43,323 nt of DNA from Trichinella spiralis (Eukaryota). Made by a program: the position numbers and the translations under genes. The stretch spans positions 6,480,219 to 6,523,541 of the forward strand of contig NW_003526943.1 of the NCBI RefSeq assembly GCF_000181795.1, given 5' to 3'. The stretch's first letter is position 1. The number at the start of each line of letters is the position of its first letter. Shown here piece after piece: positions 9,940-26,649 of this stretch. The notes under the pieces are model-generated. The model worked only from the letters and a program-made list of their open reading frames with translations, did no database searches and was not told the DNA's origin.

Positions 9940-11782
9940 TCAGATAAGTGCGAATGTGATGATATTGCAATTGTGTGCCTCACCCTGAAAGTACTTAAGT
10001 GCATGTAGGTTGTTATACTGGCGCACAATTCGAGCAATGCGTTCAACAGCTGGTGATCCATGACATGTTGTTCATAAAATAAATCTATACCGTGCTGCAT
10101 CTATTGGCATCGATATTGGCGGCATAATAGGCAATTTCAGTTTTAAAAGGAATCGAAACGTGTCGTTCGAATGAACAGCAATTGAAATTATTAACTTGCA
10201 CGTTTCTGATGTCAAGTGATTGTTATTCCAGTTTTGTTTTAATGAAAAAAGGTTACTGTTTTGTTCTTCGTCACACTGTCATGTATAATATTGCATGTTC
10301 CTGATAAATCTTCCGAATATTTTACCACTCTCCGCCTATAAATAAGACGTATAGACGCCCATGTATGGCGATATATATATTGCAGATGTTCATAAAATAA
10401 GATTGGTGCTCAGCTAATGAACCTACGATGTATAGTTATGCCACAGACACAGATAACCATTGCAAATTGATCACGCAGTGAATTGAACTAGATTCGTCAT
10501 AAGTAATGTTAGTATTTTGCAAAGTTTATTTGATCATAATATCAGAAAAAGCGCGCCTATCATACACAACGTGGACTAGTCCAAAGTCAAAGCAGCTATT
10601 GCTTTATTAGGAAATTAATTTAAGAAAACCTGTCGCTGATCTGGTGATAATTCCATCATATTTTTATGACCATCAACATAAATCAGACAATCAAAGACAA
10701 ATTGAAAATCCGCTGGCTAACGCTCGAATCACAAAATGTATTTCAAACCTGCATGTCCTGTAACTATTTTACGTAATGTTACGGGACATTTTTTGCATTA
10801 AACCTATTCGTGCATGTGATATAGTTCAGTTGTTGTGCATAATTCCCCAAAAATTCAATATGCACTTAACCATGTTCGACTGCACTTCCTACTTTTAGTT
10901 TTCCTCATAAATAAATGTCACCCACACATATTCTTTTTCAATTTGTTCATGTGGTGAAATCAGTGTCCTATTCAGGTGCTCTACTCCATCATTTTTCATC
11001 AATAGGATCTGAGTTTCGTTGACAAATATTTTAGAGTAATATGAATGGTTTTGAAAAAAATTGACTTTTTGAGTCGATTTATAAGGTTTGCACAACAACT
11101 GAATGTCAATTTTCTTGAATTCTCAGGCTGAAATTCATCCGACGTTAGAAAAATTTGTGCAAAAGAGCCTGAATAATCCCAATTCCCTGTAGTTTTTCTT
11201 TCAGTGAATAGTATTAAGTTTGTTTTATATTTTTTTATCCAAAATTAATTAAATGAAAATAATTTTTACGCATTTACATTTGAAAAATACAAGAAAACTG
11301 TTATTGTAATTTTGTTGACTTATGATTACTTTATCGTCACGAGCTCGTTCATAGCAATTTTTATAAAGCTTGTACAAGTGATCACCTTAGCACTGTGTTT
11401 TGCACACACTGCAGTAGGTACTGACTTTTTCTACTGTCACAAATCGTGTACTTTTTTTCTAGATCTTCCCAGCTATTGGCCCATTTGCTGTCATTTTTAT
11501 TCCAATAAATTCAATTGCTTTCATCATTTCATCTTCAATTTGTTAGGAATGCTACACCACAACGGTCTTTTCGCATTCCATTAGAAACAGTCTTCTACTA
11601 CTGTCTTCCATTAGCAAGTAATAACAGAACAATTTAAACAAGTGGTGAATAGACGAAACATCCAAAAAAAATGCCAGTGTAATAGCAAACAAACTCCAAA
11701 TAATACAACGTGAACGTGTAAATTTTATAAAAAGTATTCTGCTGTCAGTTTGAACTCCAAACAATCAAACAATATGTTTCAT
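9940..11782 (-). pseudogene. Possible decayed multi-exon protein gene between the two SL RNA genes
   Basis: A minus-strand frame from an ATG near 11782 runs about 150 codons with scattered stops, includes a hydrophobic N-terminal segment (IIWSLFAITLAFFL) and ends at a GT donor (DDK|gtaatc). Further protein-like, disrupted segments occur near 11190-10640 and after an acceptor near 10336 (RRVVKYSEDLSGTC...; HGSPAVERIARIVRQY). No family recognised. Confidence 0.3.
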
Positions 11783-12077
11783 GCCAAACTTTGAACACGA
11801 CATCCGAAGAAAAAACAATGAGGTACGCAGTTATAAGGGATGTTCTAGTGAAATTTTCTACACGTAAAAATGGTAAAATTATTTCAGTTATTTGATTTTT
11901 AATGAAATTAGGTAAAACTTCCATAATACTATTTGCTGAAGATAATTTGCAAGGATTTGCGATTATTCAAGATTTTAATGTTTTACTTGTAATGGATTAA
12001 TTTGACTCAAAATTTTCAAACACATACATAAGGCTATGCATACATTAGAGGGTTAATATATATTCAAATATCTCCTA

Positions 12078-12099
12078 ACAAAACCCAATATTTCATTAC
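12078..12099 (+). promoter_or_regulatory. Putative PSE of SL RNA gene B
   Basis: ACAAAACCCAATATTTCATTAC starts at -63 from the leader and matches the element of gene A. Confidence 0.7.
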
Positions 12100-12140
12100 T
12101 GTTTCTTTTTGAAGTTGTTGTTGCCAGTGGAAGTACTGTC

Positions 12141-12234
12141 AGGTATTTACCAGATCTAAAAGGTAAATATTTCAAATCTGACACTTTTAGTGTCTTGACA
12201 ATTTTTGTCTTGGACTTTGGGTTTCCCATGGTCC
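12141..12234 (+). ncRNA. Spliced-leader (SL) RNA gene B; leader AGGTATTTACCAGATCTAAAAG
   Basis: The 22-nt leader (12141-12162) is followed by donor GTAAAT, with stem I as in gene A. Stem II is GACACT-TTT-AGTGTC, the Sm site AATTTTTG is at 12200-12207, and stem III is GGACTTTGGG/CCCATGGTCC. The leader matches my recollection of a T. spiralis non-canonical SL (unverified). Confidence 0.92.
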
Positions 12235-12819
12235 TTTTATTTCTAGGTTAAGAGAATAGTGAGTTGCTAAAGTATATCATGATTGCACATCATTATTTCC
12301 ACTAGTGTTTTCTTTTTATTATGTAACTTATTACATTGCCAATTGTTTTTCACCGTGCATTATAATCTACGAAGGTTATGTTGCACTGCACATATCATAT
12401 GCATAATTATAAGAGTATGAATGTAAAAAGTAAATGGGAGTATCATGTGTTCAAGGTGAAATAGGGAAACTTTCTAATTCGCCTATTTTTATTTTGATTT
12501 CATGCTTGCTTATTTATTTAGGAAACAATGTTTTGGCATATTGGCATAATTTAGTTAAACCATTGTACATCACATTGTGAAAAATTGGACAAGAAACAAT
12601 AAAAGTTGTCATTTATTTTATAACAAAAAGAATGTTAATAAACAATTCTCTACTACAAATCAATTATTAAACAAATATTAACCCAAAAAATATTTGTTTA
12701 CGTTTACTGTAATGACAGTACAATGAAGTAAAACCTGAAAATTAGAACATACTGTACTGTATGTTAAGAAATTGTTTTCGAGTAGAAGTGAATAGTGTCT
12801 GTTTTTTTCCCAATTTACA

Positions 12820-17511
<4,692 letters not shown>

Positions 17512-17763
17512 CTCGATCGATTATGCTTATTTATTCGTGTTTTTTTTTCAAAATTGTTGGTTGTTGTTGTTGTTGTTATATTATAGTGGTGCATCATCAT
17601 CATCATCGTCTAATCTTCCTGTTCACCACATCATCACAATCGTTTGCTTGTTTGGTTTCTTTCATCAAACCACCAGTAACAGTATTTTTGTAGTAAAACG
17701 CAAATATATATATATAATCTTCAGTTGTTGTTTCATATTTTTTCTTCTCATTTGTTCATGGAA

Positions 17764-19239
17764 TCATTTCAGTCGTACACTTTTGTACAAACGATTGGAA
17801 CGATTCGCCGGACCCGAAGCGACGTTCGAACCTTGATCGAAACTGTGTCGATAATTCAGTTGAGACAGTTGTTGTTGTTGTTGTTGTTGTTGTTGTTCAG
17901 AACCAAGTTTCAAATCGTCCAATCGTAGCTGCAGCATTCGACTGGCCATTTCACGTTCGTCGATCGCTTCCTGAAATCAACAACTAAATTAGCATAAAAA
18001 TGTTCGACGTCGTTCTACTGCTCCGCCTACTTCGACTTCTCGTATTTTGTCTCTCAGCGTGATCAGCATGTTCGCGTCCAGTTGCTGGTGGTCGTCGGCG
18101 GTGGTCAGTTGACGCTGCTGTCCGACATGCCGACGCAGTTGTTCAATCTGTTGCCGGATGTATTCTCGTTCGCGCATCGTTTCCCGTTTGAACCAGACCA
18201 ACTCGTGCGACAGACTGGCACTTTTCAACAGCAAGTCGTCGCGGTGTTTCGAACAAGCTCTCGACTTCGCCTTCTGCTTGTCGAGCTGATTTTGCAAACC
18301 TTCGATAATGTCCTGTTGGGTGGCAGCGTGGGCGTCGGCGTGGCGGATTTTCGCCGCGTACTGTTCGACTTGTTTGCGGTTGTGGTCGAGCTGGGCGTAG
18401 GCGACGAACAGTTGACGCTCTTTGTCCGCCAGCGCGTCTTGGAGCTGTTCGAGCAAGTTGGTCATGTCGGCGATGCGTTGGTCGGATTCCAAATCGAGAC
18501 GTTCAAAATAGGCCCTGGTTTCGGCCAACTGGCCACGCAAGTCGACGTTCTCTTTGGCCAACAAAGCGCTCGGCTGTTCGAGTTTCTGTTCGACCAGACG
18601 ACGACGCTGTTCGGCCAGACGCAGACGTTGTCTGGCGTCGGTCAGTTCGTCGGCTCGAACGCGGTGCTGTTCGGCCAGACGACGCACGGTCGAGTCGATT
18701 TCCGTCAGCAGACGTTTGGTACGGACGAGCTTGTCGCGGAGCAGTCGACAGTTTGCACATCCGCCGTCGGCCGACTGCGGCGACGCCGACGACGCCGAAC
18801 AGTAGTACTGGTGGTCGTCGTCATCTCTGGGTAGAGTTTCAGTGTCGTCGTCGTCTTTTTGTTCTTCCAATTTCCACTGCTTCTTCTTCTCCTTTTCAAC
18901 TTGGTCTGCCAGAAAACGACAACCGGCGGCGGTGTTGTCAAAAGAGAAGAAACTTTCACAAGACGTGCTAATTCGACACCGTTCCGGTCGGTCCATTCGT
19001 CGTAACTGCAATTATAAAAACCAAATCGAAAACCAACGACGACGACAAATAATAATAATAACAATAATACTGTGCTTTTCGACTTTCCGCGAATAGCAGC
19101 AGCAACGACCGCCACACCGTTCACTGACACCGACGAATCGGCTGCCGCCGCCCAATAAATACCGTAATAATCAATCAGTCTCACTGATCGGCAGGTTGAA
19201 ACATACTTTCCTACTGTAGTGGCGTACAGTTCGCCACAT
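17764..19239 (-). CDS. Uncharacterised ~404-aa coiled-coil protein with C-terminal polyQ. Exons 19239-19207, 19005-18031, 17970-17764
   Basis: A long heptad/EKRQL-rich ORF has three phase-0 exons. Junctions are MWRTVRHYSRK|gtatgt...ttgcag|LRRMD and REVE|gtaggc...tttcag|EAIDEREM. A CANC motif precedes the coiled coil, and a Q9 run is encoded by (CAA)n. The first exon is less certain; an alternative ATG is at 18996. Confidence 0.75.
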
Positions 19240-21279
19240 TGTTCGTTGTGGGTGGATTGTAATAGTTGAAACTTTGTTGTTGTTGTTGTTGTTGCTGTTG
19301 GTAGTGTTAGGTATTAATTAGCATTGAATGAAATTTAATCAACCAGAATTTCAATTCGATGAAGTGAAAAGGAAAAAACCATCCGATTTATGAACAAGTT
19401 GGAAAAAAGCAATACCCACACGACCTTGCTTGACCTAAGACGAGAGTGAAATAGAAACCGACAGGTCCGAATTGAAATATGCTTGCTATTCACGCTGTTT
19501 CTGTTGCTGGTTCTGTGGTGTTTGTTGGTCGAACTTGTCAACCAAGTTGATCAGCAAGCAAAAGCAATTTCAATATTCTCACACAACCACGCCTGTACAT
19601 GCATGTACGAACAACCAAAGTGAAAATTTGTCACGCTCTGTTTGATCGACTGTGAATACCAGAAAAGAATACAATTTTACATACACCACCTACACTTGTT
19701 GTTGTTGATTTTTGTTCGTTTCAAGTATAAAATTCAAATTTTAATAATGGAAAAAAAACTGATTTTTCTCTACCTGTTTGCCTTTTTCGATGTTCAGTTT
19801 TGATGTTGAGTTTTCAGATCAAAATTTGCCATTTATGCCAGACGTGTAATTTTATTTCTCAAACGTGCAGAGTGTGAAAAAAAGTGTCCTTTTCAAAAAT
19901 GGAATGCGTGCATCGTCGACTGCTATTGACAATCCAAACTGCCGCGTCGTTGTTCAACTGCTTCGAACGAATAATCCATTTCTTGTGGAAATTTTTACAA
20001 AAGCATTCTTCTAATCAATGTTTGCACTTCGAACAGTGGTGCTGGTCAACAAACACAACGCAAGCGTCTCTATATTGAATGAACAATTAATTATATGCAT
20101 ATTTTTATTTTCTTGAATGCTTCGATTGAATTATTATTTGTTTTTTTTGAAGCAAAGTTTTCTTCATTTTAAAAAACGTGAAAATTTTCAGTGAAAATGT
20201 GATTTTGTCGGCCAGTTTGATCGACCGTATGCACTGGCTTTATGATATTCTTTTTGTCTTGGAATTTAATTAAATTAAGTTTCAAAAGGTGAGGGGGAAT
20301 TTGTCGGTACTTGTTGCATGGCGGAAAATTTGAACACGGGAAACTATTTTTTCCTTTCAGCTTATCTATAATCAGTTGGAACGGTGTGGAAGGAAATTTC
20401 CTTGGCACTGACGTAATTTGCATGACTAAGCATGCGCATCACATAACTAACAGACGTTGCAAAACAAAGAACTTTTTTTGAATGAATAGAATAATCGACA
20501 AGTAGAATTTGTAAAATTTTTCTAGAATGAAAAGATCCAGTTTGGTGGTGGGAGGAGAAAGTGAAAATTTTCAAATGATGATGACAATTTTTAATTTCCA
20601 TTCAATGAAAACCCATTTCCAGTTCATTGGTGAAGAGCCATATTTGATGAGAAAAATCTTTTGTATATTGTAATTCACTGCCAGTCGACCAGTTCAGAAA
20701 TCAGTAAATTGTGAAATTGTCCATTTCATTCTTTTTCAAGATTTTTTGTTTGTAAAAATTTCAAAGCATTTGAGCTGATGAATGAATGGCGTTGAAAATG
20801 AGCAAAAACCAAAGCTGCCTGTCGATTGCATACAATAATGCAAAACTTCAATACAACTTTCATCACTTTTCACTTTCCAATGCAAATGCTTTTGAAAAGA
20901 ATGCAAAATTTCAATTGAACTTACTATTCATTATGAAATTTTAAATATGCTTTAATAATAAACAATTTTCAACATCAGTTGCATTGGTTTTTCTTCATTT
21001 CATTTACAACAATATTTCTATAGGAATTATTACAATTTTGACAATTAACCAGACAAATGCAATATAGATGTGCGTACTTTTAAGAACTACTGATTTATGT
21101 TATTTTAATTATTTTTCTGTCACAATTTTATCATGTATAATTAGTATATATTTTTTTGATTTATACAACTGTTCATGTTTTAACCAAATTATAATAATAC
21201 TGTTCTACAATTGCTTATTTAAAATGTATTATTCAATAATGTAAAAGTTGTTCTATTTATCATTAAAAATGAAACGTAT

Positions 21280-21352
21280 CGAGCACGGCAGGATTCGAAC
21301 CTGCAATCTTCTGATCCGAAGTCAGACGCGTTATCCGTTACGCCACGTGCCC
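21280..21352 (-). tRNA. tRNA-Arg (anticodon TCG)
   Basis: The reverse complement is GGGCACGTGGCGTAACGGATAACGCGTCTGACTTCGGATCAGAAGATTGCAGGTTCGAATCCTGCCGTGCTCG (73 nt). It folds as a cloverleaf with acceptor stem GGGCACG/CGTGCTC, anticodon loop CT-TCG-GA and T-loop TTCGAAT. Confidence 0.97.
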
Positions 21353-23007
21353 TTGTTATGTTCTTTCCTAATTATAATTACATAATACATTATTTAATAA
21401 CAACTTATCAATAAATCAAATTTTGTACAAATGCTTTTTTATTTTAATACTAATTTGAAAGTAATGATTTTATTGAAAAATCAAACTCTAGCATGCTTAT
21501 AATTCATGTCAAACAAAGTATAAATTTCAATTTCTTTTCTTGCTTCTGTTAGAGTTTAATGCAACAAAAAATTTAAACTAAACTCTATTTCTCTATTGTT
21601 GCTTTTTCGTTTTTTTTCTAAAAGTTGTTCGCTTAAAATTTAAAGTTTTAAAATTAAAGCTCGATTTTGAACAATTATCATACCAACATGGCAACAGTTT
21701 GTCGTTAATGGGAAAAGTTGAAATATTGACAACAAATCCATTGGAAGATGGTTTTAACTGAGCGATAAGTCAACCGTATGCGGAGAGATTGAATGAATGA
21801 ATGATGAACAAAAATCGGATCGAAATTTTTGATGCGTATACATGCATGTGTGCTTTTCATGAAAGCAAACAGACGACTTATGAACAATTGTTGGTTTATA
21901 GTAAACAAAAAATAATCGAAATGTCAATACATGAAAGCAGTTTTCATATGCAATAATTGAACTTATTCAAGAAAGAAAAAAATTTTTAATTCAGTTTTGA
22001 AAACTACATTCGCAAAAGTTAAATTTAAATCTTGATAGATCAATTCAAATCTCATTTTCTACTAATTTTAAAACATTTTTCATCTTTTTAAAAATGAGCA
22101 TAATTTGAAAAGATAAATTATTCCAAACATTTTATTTTTCATCTAATTATAGGCATATTTCAATGTTGATGAAATAAATTTATATGAATAATTTTGATGA
22201 ACAATTTAATAAAATATTATTTTTGAAAATTTTTTAACTTTTTAAAATAAAACATTCTTTTCTTTGTTTTGAAGAGTTTTACTGCGTTGTGTATGAAATT
22301 GCATATCAGAATTAGAAAAAGGCTTCTTTGAAAAAGAAAAACATTTTGACGGCAGTATTCAATATTATCTTAACAACTTTCTAATCATCTCTTGATAATA
22401 TTTTATCAATAATTGTCAATTAAAATGTTTGCTGATTTAATTTCATACTACTCATTGTTGCTTTCATGCTAACGTATACTGCTGATGCATTTTAAATGTT
22501 CAAATTTTTTCTTTACTTATTCTTTTGTTTGGAAAAGTATTAAAACTTCAATCTTATCAAATCAGGATGATTGTAACCAATGATTGATATGTTGGACTAT
22601 TTCAACGCCGAATAAAAACAAAAAACAGAATATTATTGAGCTGAGTGTTTGTATGCTTTAAACAAGCGTTGTAATTTTTAAAGCTTTGCCTTTTAAAGTC
22701 ACGCTTAATCATTGTCAATACAACTGTTGTCGATGTGAGAAACAAAGAGAAAAAATCGATGTTTAAAGAGCAGTTGTTGTGCGCTGATAAGCAGCTTGTC
22801 AATTGTTTGTTCTGCTAGTCCGAAACGCTTCTGTTCACATCCAAAATTGTCCAAACAACCACGTTTTAAGTTGCACGCTTATTTCCAATCAGCAAATTTG
22901 ATTTCTTGGGCAACATGTGCTGCCGCTCATTTTTTGCTTTTCCTACTTTGTCTTGAGCGTCTGTTTAGAGGGATAATTTTCTTCTACTCGTTGTGCTGCG
23001 CATACCG

Positions 23008-23679
23008 ATGCCCAAGAAAAAACTGCGTTTCTTATTTTTGCTGAGCACCATGGGACTGGGCTTGTTGTTGATTTTTGCAATACTGATCGCCTTGCAACTG
23101 GTGCCAAATCCCAACTCTGGCCACCGTGTCAAAGTTTCCACTGTTCAGCTTCGTGTGTTTTACGAAAGCCTGTGCCCGGATTCGACTTCTTTCCTGCGAA
23201 CCCAGTTGGAACCAATCTGGCCGGCTCTTCTCCAATTTGTCAACGTGTCGCTTGTACCGTTCGGCAAAGCCAAATGGAAGCAGGTGGACGACGACGATTA
23301 TGTGTTCCACTGTCAACATGGCAAGCTCGAGTGTACACTGAATCAGGCGATGAGCTGTGCCGTAGAGCTGATTCGACCTGGGCGTCTGTTGTTGCCTTTG
23401 ATCAGCTGCTTGCAGCAAAGCCTTCACGCCGACAAGCTCCACCAATGCGCCAATGCCCACGCCCCTGTTGACGTAGTCGACGAGCTGATTCAGTGCTCCA
23501 ACAATTCGTACGGACGTCGTCTGCTCTACCAGATGGGTCTGCAGACCAAAAGTCAAGATCCTCCAATTTATTACATTCCCTGGATCGAAATCAACGGACA
23601 ACGCAACGTCGACGCTGAGCACAACCTCAAACAAGAACTCTGCAAGGCGTTCAACCAGTCCACCTGTCCACTCGATTGA
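23008..23679 (+). CDS. GILT-like (gamma-interferon-inducible lysosomal thiol reductase, IFI30 family) protein, intronless
   Basis: An N-terminal hydrophobic signal/anchor precedes the active site VFYESLCPDS, then LVPFGKA, the signature CQHGKLECTLNQAMSC (CQHGx2ECx2Nx4C) and YIPWIEING. The first ATG is at 23008. Confidence 0.92.
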   Translation: MPKKKLRFLFLLSTMGLGLLLIFAILIALQLVPNPNSGHRVKVSTVQLRVFYESLCPDSTSFLRTQLEPIWPALLQFVNVSLVPFGKAKWKQVDDDDYVFHCQHGKLECTLNQAMSCAVELIRPGRLLLPLISCLQQSLHADKLHQCANAHAPVDVVDELIQCSNNSYGRRLLYQMGLQTKSQDPPIYYIPWIEINGQRNVDAEHNLKQELCKAFNQSTCPLD

Positions 23680-24559
23680 CTGTTCTTATGATTTTTATAC
23701 AATCATCATTGATACTTTTGTAATTTATATATTCTTATCAGAATGGCATTTAATAATTTAAGCACTTTTCTTTTCCATTGTAATGAGAAATATCTCATCT
23801 GGTTAAATTATGCTTATCAAGGAACATTATTCTCATTTATCTTTATTGTTCAGTTATATTATTCAGCTACTTCAACTTTATATTTTACACACATTTATAC
23901 ATTTACATTTTTATCAGTCTAATTTATCAGGTATTACAACATCTTAAAATTGTACTTGAGAAGCGAAAAAGCAAAAAAAGACATCAGGTCACTAGTATGT
24001 GCGTTATTGTATATTTATTAATAAATACTGTTTACTGAAAAGATCAGCCTCTGCATCCATACTTGAGTATACTGACAGCTGAGAGAAAAGCGTGCTGCAT
24101 AAACTAGTGATCAATGACAATATTGGTCTTTGTGCTGTACTGTTTTATTCATCTCGATCTTTCAAAAGGGAAAATTTCAAGTTGTCATTTAAATGTACGA
24201 AAAGCAGAATCATATTTGCAAAAACAATTGGTGGTGAAGTTAGCACTGACGGATTCATAGTATGATTATCATCATTATTTTATTTATTTGTCATTTGTTT
24301 ATTAACTTTTGCTAGCTGACTGTGTAATGATCACTTTAGCTGGTCTAAATTTATTTTAGTTTGATGACTGCAGTCACTAGTTGTTTTGATCTATAGCACA
24401 GAAAATTATGCAGGCATGCAAAGGCCTGTGTATCAGTAAAACATCGCTACAAATACTGCGTAGCGTTTGTTGCTCACTGCAGAAATCACAGTATTTGATG
24501 TTTCATTTAGTCTGTAACTATGCACTTCAAGGTGAGAACCAGAACCATTCTGCACCAGA

Positions 24560-25450
24560 AAAAAAGAAGCTCTTTGGCATTTTCTGTAGAACATTTGAAA
24601 GTTTACTTCCAAACAGATGATATCAATTGTGAAGAAAAGAATGGTGCAACATTGCTCAGCACTTGTGGACTTGCTACCTACGCAGTGGTTTCATTATTGC
24701 TGTCATCGATTTTAAAGACCAAGTATCATTGGACGACACTGTGAATAAACTGCAAGAGCGTTTTCACATTGCATTGCCGTGAACTGTTTTTCTAGGTTAC
24801 AATTTCACAAGCGACAACGATTTTACAATGAAAGCGTTACAAATTTCACGGCATCGGAGAATTGCAACTTTGACAGTGTACTGTATGACATGTTTCGTAG
24901 TAGGAATTAGAGACAGGATATCCTAACAAAAACTACTCTTAGAATAGACATTGACTGGTGATTTGGAAGAAAAGACTGTTTGTGTGGACTGAATGGACAT
25001 AAAACGCACAGCAAACAGAGTCATCTGCTGCGACGTTCACTTTACTTACAGCATGAACAGCTTGAGTGATAGAGAACGGTTCTTTAATTGAGAGTCGATG
25101 ATGAAGAAAATTGACAATTTCTCCTCCTGAATTGTAGGCATTGTCCATAGATATGGCAATTTGATTTAACTCGCTTCTACTGCACAAGCGCAAAAGCGGA
25201 TAATATACTCAGTAAAAAGCGTGCGTTCAAAGAAATGACAATAATACACCATCTTGGGTGGACATAAAACGCGATGAAGACAGTTGCTGTGCAATAAACG
25301 GCAACAGCGAACAAGTTATTTGTTGGACTGCACAACGTGGAAGGCAAGCTGTTGAAGATGAAGACTAATTCAGTGATTTGTATTTGATGTGTCGGAATAA
25401 AGATTTACAAAATGAGAAATATCTAGTAGGTGGCAAAATATTTGTACTGA
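24560..25450 (+). mobile_element. Degenerate Ty3/Gypsy (K02A2.6-like) gag relic
   Basis: Frameshifted fragments YFQTDDINCEEKNGATLLSTCGLATYAVV / RLQFHKRQRFYNESVTNF / SENCNFDSVLYDM / FVVGIRD / KLLLE follow the usual order of this gag family. Confidence 0.65.
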
Positions 25451-26118
25451 ATCCTCAGTTTTGCGACTCAAACGATGAATTTAAGTTGCCGCGCAAATCA
25501 AAATACAGTCTACTAACTTGAGGATTAGTAATGTTGTTACTGTAGCAGTGTTCTGTCTGATACAGTGATTTTATTATATACTGTGCGATGCATACGACTG
25601 TAAATAAATAAAGAATGCAGATCCACAATTTAAAGCAAATATAATTAGAAAAAAAGTTCTTCGTAGAAGAAATATTAGTTGGTAGAGAATGAAAATTCTT
25701 TTGAAAAAAGGAAGCCCAAAATTCCAAATTTGAATCCTCTAAAAAATAAATGATCATCTGTTTGTCAGGTTTGTGGCTGGTGGGCTCAGGTTTCTGCTGA
25801 GTAAAGATGAAAATGATGAAGCTACGGTGAAGTTACAAACCCAGCATCTTACTTCATTACTATTCTGAATACCAAGCCTGAAACCTCTTTTTCAGTGATC
25901 TTGTCATGATGAAAATTGAAACTGAAGCAAAAAACTCTGGTAAGAAGAAAGATCCTGGTTCACACATACCCCATCAAACAACGCTTAAAAGAATAAACAC
26001 TCTTCCATTTCCCTGGTCTCATGGTCTAGGGCTAGCAATACGCACTGAGGATGCCGTAAGGTACAATGATGCGGGAAAGTCAGTTTTTGAATAGGAGATC
26101 ACCGATCCTCTCGATGTT

Positions 26119-26146
26119 GTTTTGTTTTGTTTTGTTTTCATATACG

Positions 26147-26172
<26 letters not shown>
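26119..26172. repeat. Compound microsatellite (GTTTT)4 + (TA)13
   Basis: Directly visible in the sequence. Confidence 0.9.
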
Positions 26173-26180
<8 letters not shown>

Positions 26181-26264
26181 TTGAGTAATAAATATCGAAC
26201 CTATCAGTATGGAGAGATCTAACCCAGCGCCAAATGGCACTACACTAGCACCTCAATTCATCAT

Positions 26265-26649
26265 TGTAGTGAACGACAACCAGTCCCGCTTTCGTCAGTA
26301 GTCTCTTTCTGTTGATAAAAGAATTGTAGCTATAAAAAAGAGTAGAATGACTAGATAAACTTGAATAGACAGTTTTGCCTCACAGATCGCGCGTGATATG
26401 TTCTAAAGAAAAGATTTCACTGATCTGAAGTTGGTTGTTCAGCCACTGGACTCCTTTCCCCAGAGTAATTGCTGAGTGAAGAAGAACGTTCGAAGATACT
26501 GTAAATACGGTATAAGCGGTGTGAATTAGTTAGTGCGTTGATACTTGTGTGTACGTGTCTTAGTCCTTACCGTGTGTGTTTGCTTTAAATAAAAGCATAG
26601 TTGGTGTTCATTATGAGTGTTGTTCATTTCACCGTTACGAGACATTACA
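26265..26649 (+). mobile_element. Possible LTR relic
   Basis: The segment begins TGTAGTG and ends CATTACA (imperfect terminal inverted repeat). It has an internal TATAAAA and an AATAAA about 60 nt before the end, and it lies downstream of the gag relic. No TSD or partner LTR was found. Confidence 0.3.

Noticed and set aside
18082..18834. 250-aa + strand ORF
   Set aside because: It mirrors the coiled-coil exon, and its V/L/F/G-rich composition is typical of an antisense frame.
23032..23634. 200-aa - strand ORF
   Set aside because: It is the antisense shadow of the GILT-like gene.
24220..24240. ACA followed by TGGTGGTGAAG as a possible LTR end plus primer-binding site
   Set aside because: It is too degenerate, and no similarity to the putative 3' LTR could be seen.
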